In this document: positions 35,276 to 45,611 of the stretch, piece by piece | Numbering within the stretch: position 1 is the first letter of the stretch | Layout of the letters: the number at the start of each line of letters is the position of its first letter | From: an uncultured Bacillales bacterium | GTDB lineage: Bacteria > Bacillota_I > Bacilli_A > RFN20 > CAG-826 | Direction: 5' to 3' | Length of the DNA: 59,434 bases | Assembly (NCBI GenBank): GCA_946411895.1 | Contig: CAMKFP010000001.1 | Location: 1-59,434, forward strand | Made by a program: the position numbers and the translations under genes | The notes under the pieces: generated by a model | The model's database searches: none | What the model was told of the DNA's origin: nothing | What the model saw: only the letters and a program-made list of their open reading frames with translations

Positions 35276-37208
35276 AGTAACAAGCTCCTCCTTTCTTGTA
35301 TAAACCTGAAGTTTCGACTTGAGCATCAGTTTGGTTGAAACCAACGATACATCCTTCAGGAATGACGTTTCTAAGTTTTTCGCCGCCCTCAACAGTAACA
35401 GGTTTACGTGTTGCATATTGAGCAGTTAACATTTCAAGATATGTTTGCCATGCAAGTTCCATATTCTCGCCTTGGTTAACAGTGGCAGCATCTCTCTTGG
35501 ATTTGACGAATTCGTCAATGAGAGTCTTTAAGTTGTTGCCACCTTCGCCATTGAAGACTAAACCAGTCTCGGAGGCTAAGAGTTCATATAAACGATAGTC
35601 ATATGTGGCATCGATACCTTTAATCGCACTGGCGACTTCATCAGCACGTGTGGTGTAGGTGGAGTCCGTTTCGTGTGTGGTTCTGATGTAGTTCACATAG
35701 ACAGATTTCATAGAACCATCGCTGTTTCTTGGGAAATCATCATCTTTTGGAACAGCGGTTGTGTAATATTCACTTAAAGAGACCTTTTTATCAACTCCAC
35801 TTGCTTGAGCAAAATCATTGATGGATTTTTGAATGATCATGAAGTGAATGCCGTATTGGGAACGAACGCCAAAGATTGGTTGAGCGTTTTCATCGGTCAA
35901 AACCATGACATCAGCGTTATCGGTTAAGCCAAGGTCTTTAGCAAATCTAAAGCCACATTTCCCATCAGCAGCTTCTGTTAAACCATCAAATGTTGTACCT
36001 AAAAGGTTAGCATTGAGGTTTGTAGCGGTAGAACCTTGATTGACTCTTGTGCGGTTTGTGATTAAGAAGACGTCGTGGTGGTTGAGATATCTGTTCCATA
36101 AGATGTTACGTGGATAGATAGCTTCGCTATTTTCATATAAAACGTGATCATCTTTGTTGGTTTCAACATCAGCGTATTTGTCTAAATCAGCAAAAACGCT
36201 ATATGGAACTTCAGCGACTTTACCAAAGGCTGTTGTGAAAGCAGCATCAGTAGCGATTGCACCTAATTCAGTTTCAACACTTGCTGTTAAACCTAAACCA
36301 TTCTTAACAGTTTGGTTGGTGTCATTTTTTCTATATAACAAGTTATCGTACGCGTAAATACCGAGTTGAAATTCAGGAACCATAGTTAAGGAACCACCAG
36401 AATTCGCGGTGTTTTGCATAATTCCAACATCACCATATTTAGCGGCAGAACCCGTGTCTTCGCTACCACCGTTTTTAGCGACTGTACCGAAATCTTCGAT
36501 ACCGGCGGATAAACGGTTATAGACTTCCACGAGTTTGTTCGCTTGAGATTCGGTAATTGTTTCTCTGGTGTACTTTGTACCAGAAGAACCAGAATCAACG
36601 TTCACTAAGATGTGACGGATGTGATATGGAAGTTTGCCTAAGAATCTGTTGTCGTATTTGACTTGTTCACCAGCATTATTGAGGCCGATGAATTCGGACT
36701 TTAATTCGTCCTCATTCTTGTCTAAATACCAGTTCTCAACTTGTTCTTTTTCATACTTATAAATGTATGATTCTCTTAAGCCCTTCTCATCCTCAACATT
36801 GTGAGATTCGAGAATGGCTTTCCATTCGGTGCTGTAACTAGTTCCATTTGTCTTGGCGTTTGTTTTAGCAGTGTTCTTGTCATTAGTGACTTCTTGTTTC
36901 GCTCTAATGACGATTTGGTCATATGTGAGCTTAACACCATCTTGTCCGTGAATATCTGATTCACTGTCTTGATAAGCGTGTCTGATTAACACTTCTAAGA
37001 CTTTGTCATAGATAGTGGAAATGCCACTGCTACTCTTGAGGTATTCTTGATAAACAGAGTCAGTTAACACGGAGACTGTTTTGCCATCTGCACCAGTGAA
37101 GGAAACAATATTCTTATCGCTGGATTTAAGAGAGCTACCACAAGCGGTTAATGCCATTGCAGAGATGAAACTAGTAACTAAGCCTACGGATAGTTTACTT
37201 TTTTTCAT
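35265..37208 (-). CDS. Lipoprotein with PrsA-like parvulin (PpiC-type) peptidyl-prolyl isomerase domain carrying a long insertion
   Basis: Lipobox AMALTAC. Parvulin blocks YHIRHILVNVD..., ...LSAGIEDFGTVAKNGGSEDTGSAAKYGDVGIM...MVPEF and, much later, FGVRSQYGIHFMIIQK. Confidence 0.6.
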   Translation of the reverse strand: MKKSKLSVGLVTSFISAMALTACGSSLKSSDKNIVSFTGADGKTVSVLTDSVYQEYLKSSSGISTIYDKVLEVLIRHAYQDSESDIHGQDGVKLTYDQIVIRAKQEVTNDKNTAKTNAKTNGTSYSTEWKAILESHNVEDEKGLRESYIYKYEKEQVENWYLDKNEDELKSEFIGLNNAGEQVKYDNRFLGKLPYHIRHILVNVDSGSSGTKYTRETITESQANKLVEVYNRLSAGIEDFGTVAKNGGSEDTGSAAKYGDVGIMQNTANSGGSLTMVPEFQLGIYAYDNLLYRKNDTNQTVKNGLGLTASVETELGAIATDAAFTTAFGKVAEVPYSVFADLDKYADVETNKDDHVLYENSEAIYPRNILWNRYLNHHDVFLITNRTRVNQGSTATNLNANLLGTTFDGLTEAADGKCGFRFAKDLGLTDNADVMVLTDENAQPIFGVRSQYGIHFMIIQKSINDFAQASGVDKKVSLSEYYTTAVPKDDDFPRNSDGSMKSVYVNYIRTTHETDSTYTTRADEVASAIKGIDATYDYRLYELLASETGLVFNGEGGNNLKTLIDEFVKSKRDAATVNQGENMELAWQTYLEMLTAQYATRKPVTVEGGEKLRNVIPEGCIVGFNQTDAQVETSGLYKKGGACYYGK

Positions 37209-37396
37209 GTGTAATACTCCTTTTCTGAATAAATAGCGGTAATATTTTATATATTAGCGGAAATAATAGCAAGAACTTTTGCGCACGTTTTAATTTAGAG
37301 GCGTATATACATATGCAAAAACATGCAATTTCTCTATTAGTTTTATTGAAACTAAGAAGCAAAATAGATAGAATAATATGACTTGAGGTAAAGTCT

Positions 37397-38215
37397 ATGG
37401 GAAAATTGGAAATTAAAAATCTACACGCCTCAGTTGATGGAAAGGAAATCTTAAAAGGGATTAACCTCACTATCAATGACGGGGAGACCGTTGCCCTCTT
37501 AGGCCCAAACGGTCATGGCAAATCTACTTTGTTAAATGTCATCATGGGACATCCAAGATATGAAGTCACTGAAGGAAGTATCACTTTCGAAGGGGAAGAT
37601 GTTTTATCGATGTCTATTGATGAAAGAGCAAGAAAAGGTTTATTCCTTGGTATGCAAAATCCAAGCGAAGTTCCTGGTGTCTCTAATAGTGATTTCCTTA
37701 GATCCGCGGTTAACTCCAGAAGAGAGAAACCAATTTCCACCTATAATTTTTATAAAATTTTAGATGCTGCCTCAAAAGAAGTGAAAATGCCATTTGATTT
37801 AGCCACTCGTTCTCTTAACGAAGGTTTTTCTGGTGGTGAGAAAAAGAGAAACGAAATCTTACAAATGATTCTTCTTGAACCAAAAATTTGTATGCTCGAT
37901 GAAATTGACTCTGGTCTTGACGTTGATGCGATTCAAGTTGTCGCTGATGTGATTAGAAAAGAGCAAGCTAATAATCGTGCCTTCCTAGTCATTTCTCACT
38001 ATGCTCGTTTATTCGATTTAATTCACCCTACAAGAGCGATTGTCATTATTAACGGTCGAGTGGTCATTGATGGCGATCCAAGCACCATTAAGAGAATCGA
38101 TACTCAGGGCTATGAATTCATCAAAACAGAGCTTGGAATTAGCATTGAAAAGGAAGAACCAGAGATGAATAAGGTCTCACTTGGCTCTTGCGCGGTAAGA
38201 GAAGCAATAAAATAA
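37397..38215 (+). CDS. sufC: Fe-S cluster assembly ATPase SufC
   Basis: LLGPNGHGKST Walker A, GFSGGEKKRNEILQM signature, MLDEIDSGLD Walker B. Confidence 0.95.
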   Translation: MGKLEIKNLHASVDGKEILKGINLTINDGETVALLGPNGHGKSTLLNVIMGHPRYEVTEGSITFEGEDVLSMSIDERARKGLFLGMQNPSEVPGVSNSDFLRSAVNSRREKPISTYNFYKILDAASKEVKMPFDLATRSLNEGFSGGEKKRNEILQMILLEPKICMLDEIDSGLDVDAIQVVADVIRKEQANNRAFLVISHYARLFDLIHPTRAIVIINGRVVIDGDPSTIKRIDTQGYEFIKTELGISIEKEEPEMNKVSLGSCAVREAIK

Positions 38216-38216
38216 C

Positions 38217-39014
38217 ATGGAACGTCTATTAATTAATAAAGATAATATCGCTAGTCTCCCATTAGTTAGTGAAGTCAGTTTAGACACTAACTCCTTTAAT
38301 AATGAGGAGATGATTATTAAGGCGAACCAAGTTATCGATATTTTAATAGATGATTTAAGTGATGAAACCAATCTTAAAATCAATATGCAAAAGGATAGCA
38401 AAGCGCACATCGCTATCTTATCCAAAAACTTACTAAAACACTTCGAAATCACTGCAAATCTCGAAGAAAATGCCAAAATTGAAGTTTTCTTTGCGGATTT
38501 CAGTAATGGTGAAAGCCATAATAAAGTCCTTATTAATCTTAATAAAAATAATGCGAAAGCTTTCTGGTCTTTAGCTTCTTTAACTAATGGCAAAGACAAT
38601 AAAGAATTTGAAGTCTCAATTCTCCATAATTCCACCAATACAATTGCTAGAAGTGATAACTATGGAGTGTGTTTAGAAGAAGGCAAACTCGTGTTTTCTG
38701 GAATCTCTTCAATTAAGAAGGGAGCCATTAAGTCTAAAACACGTCAAAACGCGAAGATTATGGTCTTTGATGAGACTGCAAACGGTATCACTCGACCAAT
38801 CTTAAAGATTGATGAAAATGATATAGAAGCCGGACATGGTGCGGTAGTCGGGAAAATAAGTGATGACCACTTATTCTATTTAACCTCTAGAGGCTTAACT
38901 ACCTTAGAGGCGAAAAAGCTCATTACCTATGGTTATTTAAAGCCAATTATGAATGGTTTCAAAGAAGAAAGAATGAAAGAGGAAATATCCTCATTAGTAG
39001 AAAAGAGGGTTTAG
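38217..39014 (+). CDS. sufD: SufD-like Fe-S assembly protein (short form, 265 aa)
   Basis: Positioned between sufC and sufS. The C-terminal ...EAGHGAVVGKISDDHLFYLTSRGL...AKKLI... matches the SufB/SufD beta-helix tail. Confidence 0.8.
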   Translation: MERLLINKDNIASLPLVSEVSLDTNSFNNEEMIIKANQVIDILIDDLSDETNLKINMQKDSKAHIAILSKNLLKHFEITANLEENAKIEVFFADFSNGESHNKVLINLNKNNAKAFWSLASLTNGKDNKEFEVSILHNSTNTIARSDNYGVCLEEGKLVFSGISSIKKGAIKSKTRQNAKIMVFDETANGITRPILKIDENDIEAGHGAVVGKISDDHLFYLTSRGLTTLEAKKLITYGYLKPIMNGFKEERMKEEISSLVEKRV

Positions 39015-39015
39015 T

Positions 39016-40248
39016 ATGTACGATGTATACGAAATAAGAAAACTATTCCCAATGTTATCTAAAGGACAACTTATGCAGGGAAAACCTTTGGTTTACCTTG
39101 ATAATGCCTCTACAACTTTTAAGCCACAATGTGTTATTGACGCTTGCGACAAATACTATACAGATATGACCGCCAACTCTCATAGAGGCGACTATGATCT
39201 TCTCTATAACATGGATAAAGCTGTTGCTGAAAGTAGAAAAACAGTAGCGAGATTTGTTGATTGCAAACCTGAAGAAGTAGTCTTTACTGCAGGTGATACT
39301 ATGGCACTTAATATGATTGCTCATGGTTATGGTGTCAAATACCTTAAACCTGGTGATGAAATTATTGTTTCAGTAGCAGAACATGCCAGCTGCATTCTTC
39401 CTTGGTTTAGAGCCGCAAAAGAAACGGGTGCTGTTATCAAATATGTTGATATTGATGAACGTGGCGTTATCACTGCTGAAAACTTTGCTAAAGTTGTCTC
39501 TAATAAAACAAAGATTGTCTCCCTTGCCCATGTTGGCAATGTCTTAGGCACAATCAATGAGATCGATGAAATCATCAAGATTGCTCATAAATACGGTGCT
39601 TTAGTGGTGGTTGATGGAGCCCAATCCGTTCCACATCTTAAAACATCATTTAAAGAATTAGATGCTGATTTCTTAACGTTCTCCGCACATAAAATGTGCG
39701 GTCCAACAGGAATTGGCTGCTTAATTGGTAAATATGAGCTTCTTGAAAAGATGGAACCTTTGATGGCTGGTGGCGGAATGAACGCTATCTTTAAAAAAGA
39801 TGGAACGATTGATTATTTACTCCCACCTGCCAAGTTTGAAGCGGGTACCAATAACTTATCAGGTATTCTTGGTTTCAAAGCGGCTATTGAATTCATTGAA
39901 AGTTTAGGAATTGAAAACATCCATCAACACGATGTTGAAATGGTCTCCTATGCTATTGAAAAACTCAAAGGTCATGACAATGTGATTATTTATAATCCTG
40001 ATGCGAAAAACGGTATCTTGTCATTCAACCTTAAAGGCATCTTTGCTCAAGATGAAGCTACACTTCTCAATTCCAAAGGGATTGCTGTAAGAAGCGGTGA
40101 GCATTGTGCGAAGATTCTTGATAACTATTTAGGAACAAAAGCGACATGTCGTATGTCGACTTACTTATATACAACAAAAGAAGAAATCGATATCTTTGTT
40201 GAAAACTTACTTAATGGAGGTGACATTCTCGATGCCTATTTCTCTTAA
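39016..40248 (+). CDS. sufS: Cysteine desulfurase SufS
   Basis: 410 aa. FSAHKMCGPTGIG (PLP lysine) and RSGEHCA (catalytic Cys loop). Confidence 0.93.
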   Translation: MYDVYEIRKLFPMLSKGQLMQGKPLVYLDNASTTFKPQCVIDACDKYYTDMTANSHRGDYDLLYNMDKAVAESRKTVARFVDCKPEEVVFTAGDTMALNMIAHGYGVKYLKPGDEIIVSVAEHASCILPWFRAAKETGAVIKYVDIDERGVITAENFAKVVSNKTKIVSLAHVGNVLGTINEIDEIIKIAHKYGALVVVDGAQSVPHLKTSFKELDADFLTFSAHKMCGPTGIGCLIGKYELLEKMEPLMAGGGMNAIFKKDGTIDYLLPPAKFEAGTNNLSGILGFKAAIEFIESLGIENIHQHDVEMVSYAIEKLKGHDNVIIYNPDAKNGILSFNLKGIFAQDEATLLNSKGIAVRSGEHCAKILDNYLGTKATCRMSTYLYTTKEEIDIFVENLLNGGDILDAYFS

Positions 40249-40663
40249 TAACGAAATGATGAGAGCCATCATAATGGATCACTATTCAAATCCACAAAAT
40301 AAACACCAACCATCTAAGGATGGTTATGAAAAGATGCACATGCACTCTGATAACTGCATTGATGATCTTGATATTTTCCTTTTAGTAAAAGATGGAATGG
40401 TTCTTGACGCTTGTTTTGATGGGACCGCTTGTACCATCTCCACAGCTTCAACTGACATCATGTGTGATTTAGTTAGAGGCAAAAGTAAAGAAGAAGCACA
40501 AAAGATTATCGATGCTTATCATCATATGATTCATGAAGAAGAGTATGATCCCGATTTATTAGAAGAAGCTAATGCTTTTATGAATACTTCCAAACAAGCT
40601 GCACGTATTAGATGTGCGACTATTGGATGGAATGCTGCAGAGGAAATCTTGAAGGTTAAGTAA
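40232..40663 (+). CDS. sufU: SufU zinc-dependent sulfurtransferase / scaffold-like protein
   Basis: IIMDHYSNPQN, DNCIDDL, GTACTIS and RIRCATIGW motifs. The ATG at 40232 overlaps the sufS end. Confidence 0.9.
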   Translation: MPISLNNEMMRAIIMDHYSNPQNKHQPSKDGYEKMHMHSDNCIDDLDIFLLVKDGMVLDACFDGTACTISTASTDIMCDLVRGKSKEEAQKIIDAYHHMIHEEEYDPDLLEEANAFMNTSKQAARIRCATIGWNAAEEILKVK

Positions 40664-40666
40664 AAT

Positions 40667-42067
40667 ATGCCAAAAGAAGACATCAAATTCCAAGAAGATT
40701 ATAAATATGGCTTCAAAGATGAGGACGTTTCTATCGTTAAAACCGAAAAGGGTTTAAATGAAGAGATTGTTAAAGAGATTTCTCGTCTAAAAGGTGAGCC
40801 AGAATGGATGACGGAGTTTCGTTTAAAGGCACTTCGCTCATTTAAGGCTATGCCAAATCCAAAATTTGGTCCTGATTTATCTTCTTTAGATTATGATTCT
40901 TATACTTACTTCACAAGAACTGCAAAAAAAGAGTCTCAGGACTGGAATGAAGTCCCTGAAACAATCAAAAACACATTTGATCGTTTAGGTATTCCAGAAG
41001 CTGAACAAAAATACCTTGCTGGTGTATCCACTCAATATGAATCTGAAGTGGTTTATCATAACATGCTTAAAGAAATCGAAGGCAAGGGAGTTATCTTCCT
41101 TTCTACCGATATGGCTTTAAAGCTTTATCCTGATTTGTTTAAGAAATATTTTGGTACAGTTGTGCCTGTTGCAGACAATAAATTCTCTGCTTTAAATGGA
41201 GCAGTTTGGTCTGGTGGATCTTTCATTTATGTACCAAAAAACGTCCATTTAGATAAACCTTTGCAGTCATATTTCAGAATTAATAATGAAAAAAGCGGTC
41301 AATTTGAAAGAACCTTAATCATTGTTGACGAAGGTGCTGATGTCCATTATGTGGAAGGGTGTACCGCTCCAACTTACTCTAAAGAATCTCTTCACGCTGC
41401 CGTAGTGGAAATCATTGTTCATAAAGGTGGAAGATGCCGTTATTCAACTGTTCAAAACTGGTCAACCAACATTGTTAACTTAGTCACCAAAAGAGCGGTC
41501 TGTTATGAGAACGCTTCTATGGAATGGATTGATGGAAATATTGGTAGCCAAGTCAATATGAAGTACCCAGCCTGTATCTTAAAGGGTGAAGGAGCAAAAG
41601 GAATCTGTATTTCTATTGCTGTAGCGGGTAAAGGACAATATCAAGACGCTGGAGCAAGGATGATTCATGAAGCCGATAACACAACTTCAAGTATCATTTC
41701 TAAATCTATCGTTAAAGGTGGAGGTGTCGCAAACTATAGAGGCACTGTTAGACACCATAAAAATGCTAAAAATTGTCGTAGTCACGTCGAATGTGACACA
41801 TTGATATTAGATGAAATTTCTAGAAGTGACACAATTCCAACAAATGAGGTTAAAAATAACACCTCATATATTGAGCACGAAGCCACTGTTAGTAAGATTA
41901 ATGAGGACCAATTATTCTATCTCATGAGTAGAGGCTTATCTGAACAAGAAGCTACTCAGATGATTATTATGGGCTTTATTGAACCATTCTCTAGAGAACT
42001 ACCAATGGAATATGCTGTTGAACTCAATCAACTCATTAAGATGGACATGGAGGGAAGTGTCGGTTAA
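40667..42067 (+). CDS. sufB: Fe-S cluster assembly protein SufB
   Basis: 466 aa. ...HYVEGCTAP..., ...STVQNWS... and ...[23 protein letters not shown]... SufB signatures. Confidence 0.95.
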   Translation: MPKEDIKFQEDYKYGFKDEDVSIVKTEKGLNEEIVKEISRLKGEPEWMTEFRLKALRSFKAMPNPKFGPDLSSLDYDSYTYFTRTAKKESQDWNEVPETIKNTFDRLGIPEAEQKYLAGVSTQYESEVVYHNMLKEIEGKGVIFLSTDMALKLYPDLFKKYFGTVVPVADNKFSALNGAVWSGGSFIYVPKNVHLDKPLQSYFRINNEKSGQFERTLIIVDEGADVHYVEGCTAPTYSKESLHAAVVEIIVHKGGRCRYSTVQNWSTNIVNLVTKRAVCYENASMEWIDGNIGSQVNMKYPACILKGEGAKGICISIAVAGKGQYQDAGARMIHEADNTTSSIISKSIVKGGGVANYRGTVRHHKNAKNCRSHVECDTLILDEISRSDTIPTNEVKNNTSYIEHEATVSKINEDQLFYLMSRGLSEQEATQMIIMGFIEPFSRELPMEYAVELNQLIKMDMEGSVG

Positions 42068-43941
42068 TGAGAGAGTTTGACGTCATCGTTGTTGGTGGTG
42101 GACATGCAGGCCTTGAGGCCTGTTTTGCTAGTGCCCATAAAGGACATAAAACACTTTTATTAACTTTAAATATTAAGAAAATTGGCAACATGCCATGTAA
42201 CCCTTCTATTGGTGGATCTGCTAAAGGCATTGTTGTAAGAGAAATAGATGCTTTAGGTGGAATGATGGGCAAATTTGCTGACCATCATTATCTACAAATG
42301 AAGATGCTTAATACCGGCAAAGGACCTGGTGTCCAATGCTTAAGAGCCCAACAAGACAAACTTGAATACCCCGAATACATTCAATCTCTTGCTTTAAGGC
42401 AAGCAAATCTCACTGTTGAAGAAGGAATGGTGGTTTCTTTACTTCATGATGAATCTCATGTTTTTGGTGTCAAACTTGAAAACGGAGAAGAAATCAAAGC
42501 TAAAGCCGTTATCTTAACAACTGGAACTTATATGGAAGCAAAAATCTTCCGTGGAGCAGAAGTAAAAGAAGAAGGACCTGATGGAGAAAGACCATCCAAA
42601 GGATTATCTCCATATCTTAAGAGCATGGGTATTGAAATGTATCGTCTTAAGACAGGTACACCTCCTAGAATTAAACAGGACTCAATTGATTTCTCTAAAG
42701 CCTCTATTCAACCAGGCACCAGAGGTGAATTAGCTTTTAGCTATGATACAGAAGAGTTTATTCCGGTTGAGGAACAGGTTCCTTGCTATCTAATCTATAC
42801 CACTCCTAAAACACATGAAATTATTAGAGAGCATTTAGATGAAGCGGCTATCTTCTCTGGCTTAATTCAATCAACTGGACCTAGATACTGTCCTTCTATT
42901 GAATCTAAGATTGTTACATTCGCCGATAAAGAAAGACATCAACTATTCTTAGAACCTGAATCTAGATTTACTGATTCAGTTTATCTACAAGGATTTTCCA
43001 CTTCTATGCCTGTTGAAGTGCAAGAAGAAATGGTGAGATCTCTCCCTGGATTTGAAAATGCCGTATTTTTGAAATACGCCTACGCGATTGAATATGACGC
43101 AATCAAGACAGAAGAATATCTTCCAACTTTAGAAATTAAGAAATGGCCTGGACTATATATTGCTGGTCAAATCTGCGGAACCTCAGGTTATGAAGAAGCA
43201 GCTGGTTTAGGATTAATTGCTGGTATTAATGCTTGTTTAAAGATTGAAAATAAAGAGCCTCTTATTTTAAGAAGAGACCAATCATATATTGGTGTTATGA
43301 TTGATGACTTAGTCACTAAAGGTACGGAAGAGCCATATAGACTTATGTCTTCTCGCGCTGAATATCGCCTTCTCCTCCGTCATGATAATGCTGATTTAAG
43401 ACTTCGAGAAATCGGTCATAATGTTGGTTTAATTAGTGATGAGAGATATGCAAAATTCATCGAAAAGAAGAACAACATTTATAAAGTTTTAGATATTCTT
43501 AAGGACGTCTATATTGGCACCAAGAGTCCAATTAATGACTATCTTATTTCTATCGGTTCAGCTCCATTAAGTGGTGGAGTTTCTGCCTTAGAAATCTTAA
43601 AGCGTCCATTAGTGAAATATAACGAAATTGCTAAATATATCCCAGAATTAGAGGGAATTTGCTTAAATAACTCCGCTATTGATGAATTAGAAGTCATCGC
43701 CAAATTCGAAGGATATATTGCCAAACAAATGCGTGAAGCAGAGAATATGAGAAAGATTGAGAATATGAAAATCCCATCTGGATTTGATTATCTTCATATG
43801 GATGGTCTTGCTCTTGAAGCTAGACAAAAACTCGATAAAGTTAGACCACTTACCATTGGTCAAGCCAGTCGTGTTTCTGGAGTTAATCCAAGCGATGTCT
43901 CAATTCTTATTCTCAATGTCAGAAGAGCGGAACATGAATAA
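42067..43941 (+). CDS. mnmG: tRNA uridine-5-carboxymethylaminomethyl synthesis enzyme MnmG (GidA)
   Basis: FDVIVVGGGHAGLEA FAD fold, TGPRYCPSIE, IAGQICGTSGYEEAA. The start overlaps the sufB stop (TAATG). Confidence 0.95.
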   Translation: MREFDVIVVGGGHAGLEACFASAHKGHKTLLLTLNIKKIGNMPCNPSIGGSAKGIVVREIDALGGMMGKFADHHYLQMKMLNTGKGPGVQCLRAQQDKLEYPEYIQSLALRQANLTVEEGMVVSLLHDESHVFGVKLENGEEIKAKAVILTTGTYMEAKIFRGAEVKEEGPDGERPSKGLSPYLKSMGIEMYRLKTGTPPRIKQDSIDFSKASIQPGTRGELAFSYDTEEFIPVEEQVPCYLIYTTPKTHEIIREHLDEAAIFSGLIQSTGPRYCPSIESKIVTFADKERHQLFLEPESRFTDSVYLQGFSTSMPVEVQEEMVRSLPGFENAVFLKYAYAIEYDAIKTEEYLPTLEIKKWPGLYIAGQICGTSGYEEAAGLGLIAGINACLKIENKEPLILRRDQSYIGVMIDDLVTKGTEEPYRLMSSRAEYRLLLRHDNADLRLREIGHNVGLISDERYAKFIEKKNNIYKVLDILKDVYIGTKSPINDYLISIGSAPLSGGVSALEILKRPLVKYNEIAKYIPELEGICLNNSAIDELEVIAKFEGYIAKQMREAENMRKIENMKIPSGFDYLHMDGLALEARQKLDKVRPLTIGQASRVSGVNPSDVSILILNVRRAEHE

Positions 43942-44635
43942 AGAAAGTTTGAAGTCTTATTTAATCGCTAAAGGGATCAATTGCTCAGATGAACAGTTGG
44001 TAGATCTTTTAGATTTGATGAAAACCACACTTGAGACCAATGAGAAATTTAATATCACCGCTATTACTGATGAATCCGAATTCTTAGAAAAGATGATTTA
44101 TGATTCTGCTTTAGGCTTACAAAAGTTCGACTTTAACGGCAAAAGAGTCATTGATGTTGGCACAGGTGCGGGATTCCCTGGCATGGTTTTATATATCTTA
44201 AATCCAGAGATGCATCTAACTTTGTTAGATTCTACCGCTAAAAAGATTAATCACCTAAATGATTATTGTTCATCAAAGAACTATAAAGTTGAAGGTGTTG
44301 TAGCTCGTATTGAAGATTACGCAAAAAAGAATATTGAAAAATACGACTTTGCTTTTGCTCGTGCAGTCGCATCTTTGAATATTCTTGTTGAACTCATCTC
44401 ACCTCTACTTAAAGCTGGTGGTGTTTTTATTGCCTTGAAAGGTAAAGGAGCGGATGAAGAAATAAAAGGAGCCTCTAATGCTTTAAGAAAACTCAATCTT
44501 GAGATTATAGATACAGATAATGAAACTCTACCTGATTCTAAAGAACAAAGAACTCTTATTTACATAAGAAAGAACAGACCAACCCCAAGGAAGTATCCTA
44601 GGGAATATAGTTTAATTAAAAAGTTACCTTTATAA
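43934..44635 (+). CDS. rsmG: 16S rRNA m7G527 methyltransferase RsmG (GidB)
   Basis: VIDVGTGAGFPGMVL SAM motif. The Met at 43934 overlaps the mnmG end; the ORF-track start at 43784 lies inside mnmG. Confidence 0.9.
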   Translation: MNKESLKSYLIAKGINCSDEQLVDLLDLMKTTLETNEKFNITAITDESEFLEKMIYDSALGLQKFDFNGKRVIDVGTGAGFPGMVLYILNPEMHLTLLDSTAKKINHLNDYCSSKNYKVEGVVARIEDYAKKNIEKYDFAFARAVASLNILVELISPLLKAGGVFIALKGKGADEEIKGASNALRKLNLEIIDTDNETLPDSKEQRTLIYIRKNRPTPRKYPREYSLIKKLPL

Positions 44636-44645
44636 TATAAAAGAT

Positions 44646-45416
44646 ATGACTCGCATTATTGCTATAGCCAACCATAAGGGTGGTGTGGGTAAGACCACAA
44701 CCGCGATTAACTTGAGCAGCGCTCTGGCGCATTTTTCTCGTAAAGTTTTAATCGTAGATATCGATCCTCAAGCTAATACCACTAGAGGGCTTGGCTTTGA
44801 CCCATCTTTAACTAGCAAGTCTATCTTTGAAGTTTTAGATGGCTCAGTTGATATCAACTCAGTTTTAAAGAAGACAGCCATCAAAGACTTAACTTTGCTC
44901 CCTTCTAAGATTTTCGTCTCTCCTATTAATGAGTTCGTGAATAACTCAGAAGAGGATCCGTACTATCGCCTTAAGAAAGCATTTTCTTCTTTGAAGAAAA
45001 CTTATGATTATATCATTATTGATTGTCCACCAAGCTTAGGCTTCTTAACTGTGAACGCGCTTGTGAGCGCTAACACAATACTCGTGCCTGTACAATGTGA
45101 GTATTTTGCGATGGATGCGATTAACTCCATGCTCGGAACTATCTCTCGCATTCAATCGCAATATAATCCTGACTTAGGTATCGAAGGATTTTTAATGACC
45201 ATGTATGACGCTAAGACATCTTTAGGGACACAGATTTCTTCCCAAGTTAGAAGCTTATTTAAGGAGAATACTTTCTTAACACAAATTCCTCGTAATGTTT
45301 CTATTCCAGAGAGCAACTTAAGAGGATTACCAGTTACAGTTTATCGTCCAACTTCCTCTGGATCTTTGGCTTATTATTCACTCGCTAAAGAAGTTATGGA
45401 CAAAGAAAACCAATAA
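44646..45416 (+). CDS. parA: ParA/Soj-type chromosome-partitioning ATPase
   Basis: Deviant Walker A IANHKGGVGKTTTA, plus VLIVDIDPQAN and IIIDCPPSLG. Confidence 0.9.
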   Translation: MTRIIAIANHKGGVGKTTTAINLSSALAHFSRKVLIVDIDPQANTTRGLGFDPSLTSKSIFEVLDGSVDINSVLKKTAIKDLTLLPSKIFVSPINEFVNNSEEDPYYRLKKAFSSLKKTYDYIIIDCPPSLGFLTVNALVSANTILVPVQCEYFAMDAINSMLGTISRIQSQYNPDLGIEGFLMTMYDAKTSLGTQISSQVRSLFKENTFLTQIPRNVSIPESNLRGLPVTVYRPTSSGSLAYYSLAKEVMDKENQ

Positions 45417-45450
45417 ATACAAGTATTTAGTGAAATCTATATAGAGTACT

Positions 45451-45458
45451 TGTATAAT
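45451..45458 (+). promoter_or_regulatory. Extended -10 promoter element TGTATAAT upstream of the FMN riboswitch
   Basis: TGnTATAAT read directly, about 6 nt upstream of the first riboswitch helix. No good -35 element. Confidence 0.4.
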
Positions 45459-45463
45459 AAAAT

Positions 45464-45610
45464 CACTTCAGGGCAGCGAAATAACGCGACCGGCGGTATA
45501 CCCCGCGAGCTGGAAACAGCATGAACTTGTGCAATTCAAGTGGCGACAGTAAAGTCTGGATGAAAGAAGTCATATTTCTTTTTGAGGCCCTGGAAAGGGG
45601 CTTTTGTTTT
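45464..45610 (+). promoter_or_regulatory. FMN (RFN-element) riboswitch with terminator-type expression platform
   Basis: CUUCAGGGCAGCGAAAUAACGCGACCGGCGGUAUACCCCGCGAGC...GGCGACAGUAAAGUCUGGAUGAAAGAAG matches the conserved RFN cores. It is followed by a GCCC-UGGAAAG-GGGC hairpin plus UUUUGUUUUU. Confidence 0.9.
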
Positions 45611-45611
45611 T

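Noticed and set aside
37234-37260. Direct repeat TAGCGG(T/A)AAT spaced 21 bp apart in the divergent lipoprotein/sufC intergenic region, as a possible regulator site.
   Set aside because: It is only a 6-9-nt match in AT-rich DNA with no palindromic character. That is too weak to call without comparative data.
42067-45463. The mnmG-rsmG-parA block as an indicator that oriC lies in this window.
   Set aside because: No dnaA or dnaN gene and no cluster of TTATCCACA-type boxes was seen. The block is fused to the suf operon upstream and a riboswitch downstream.
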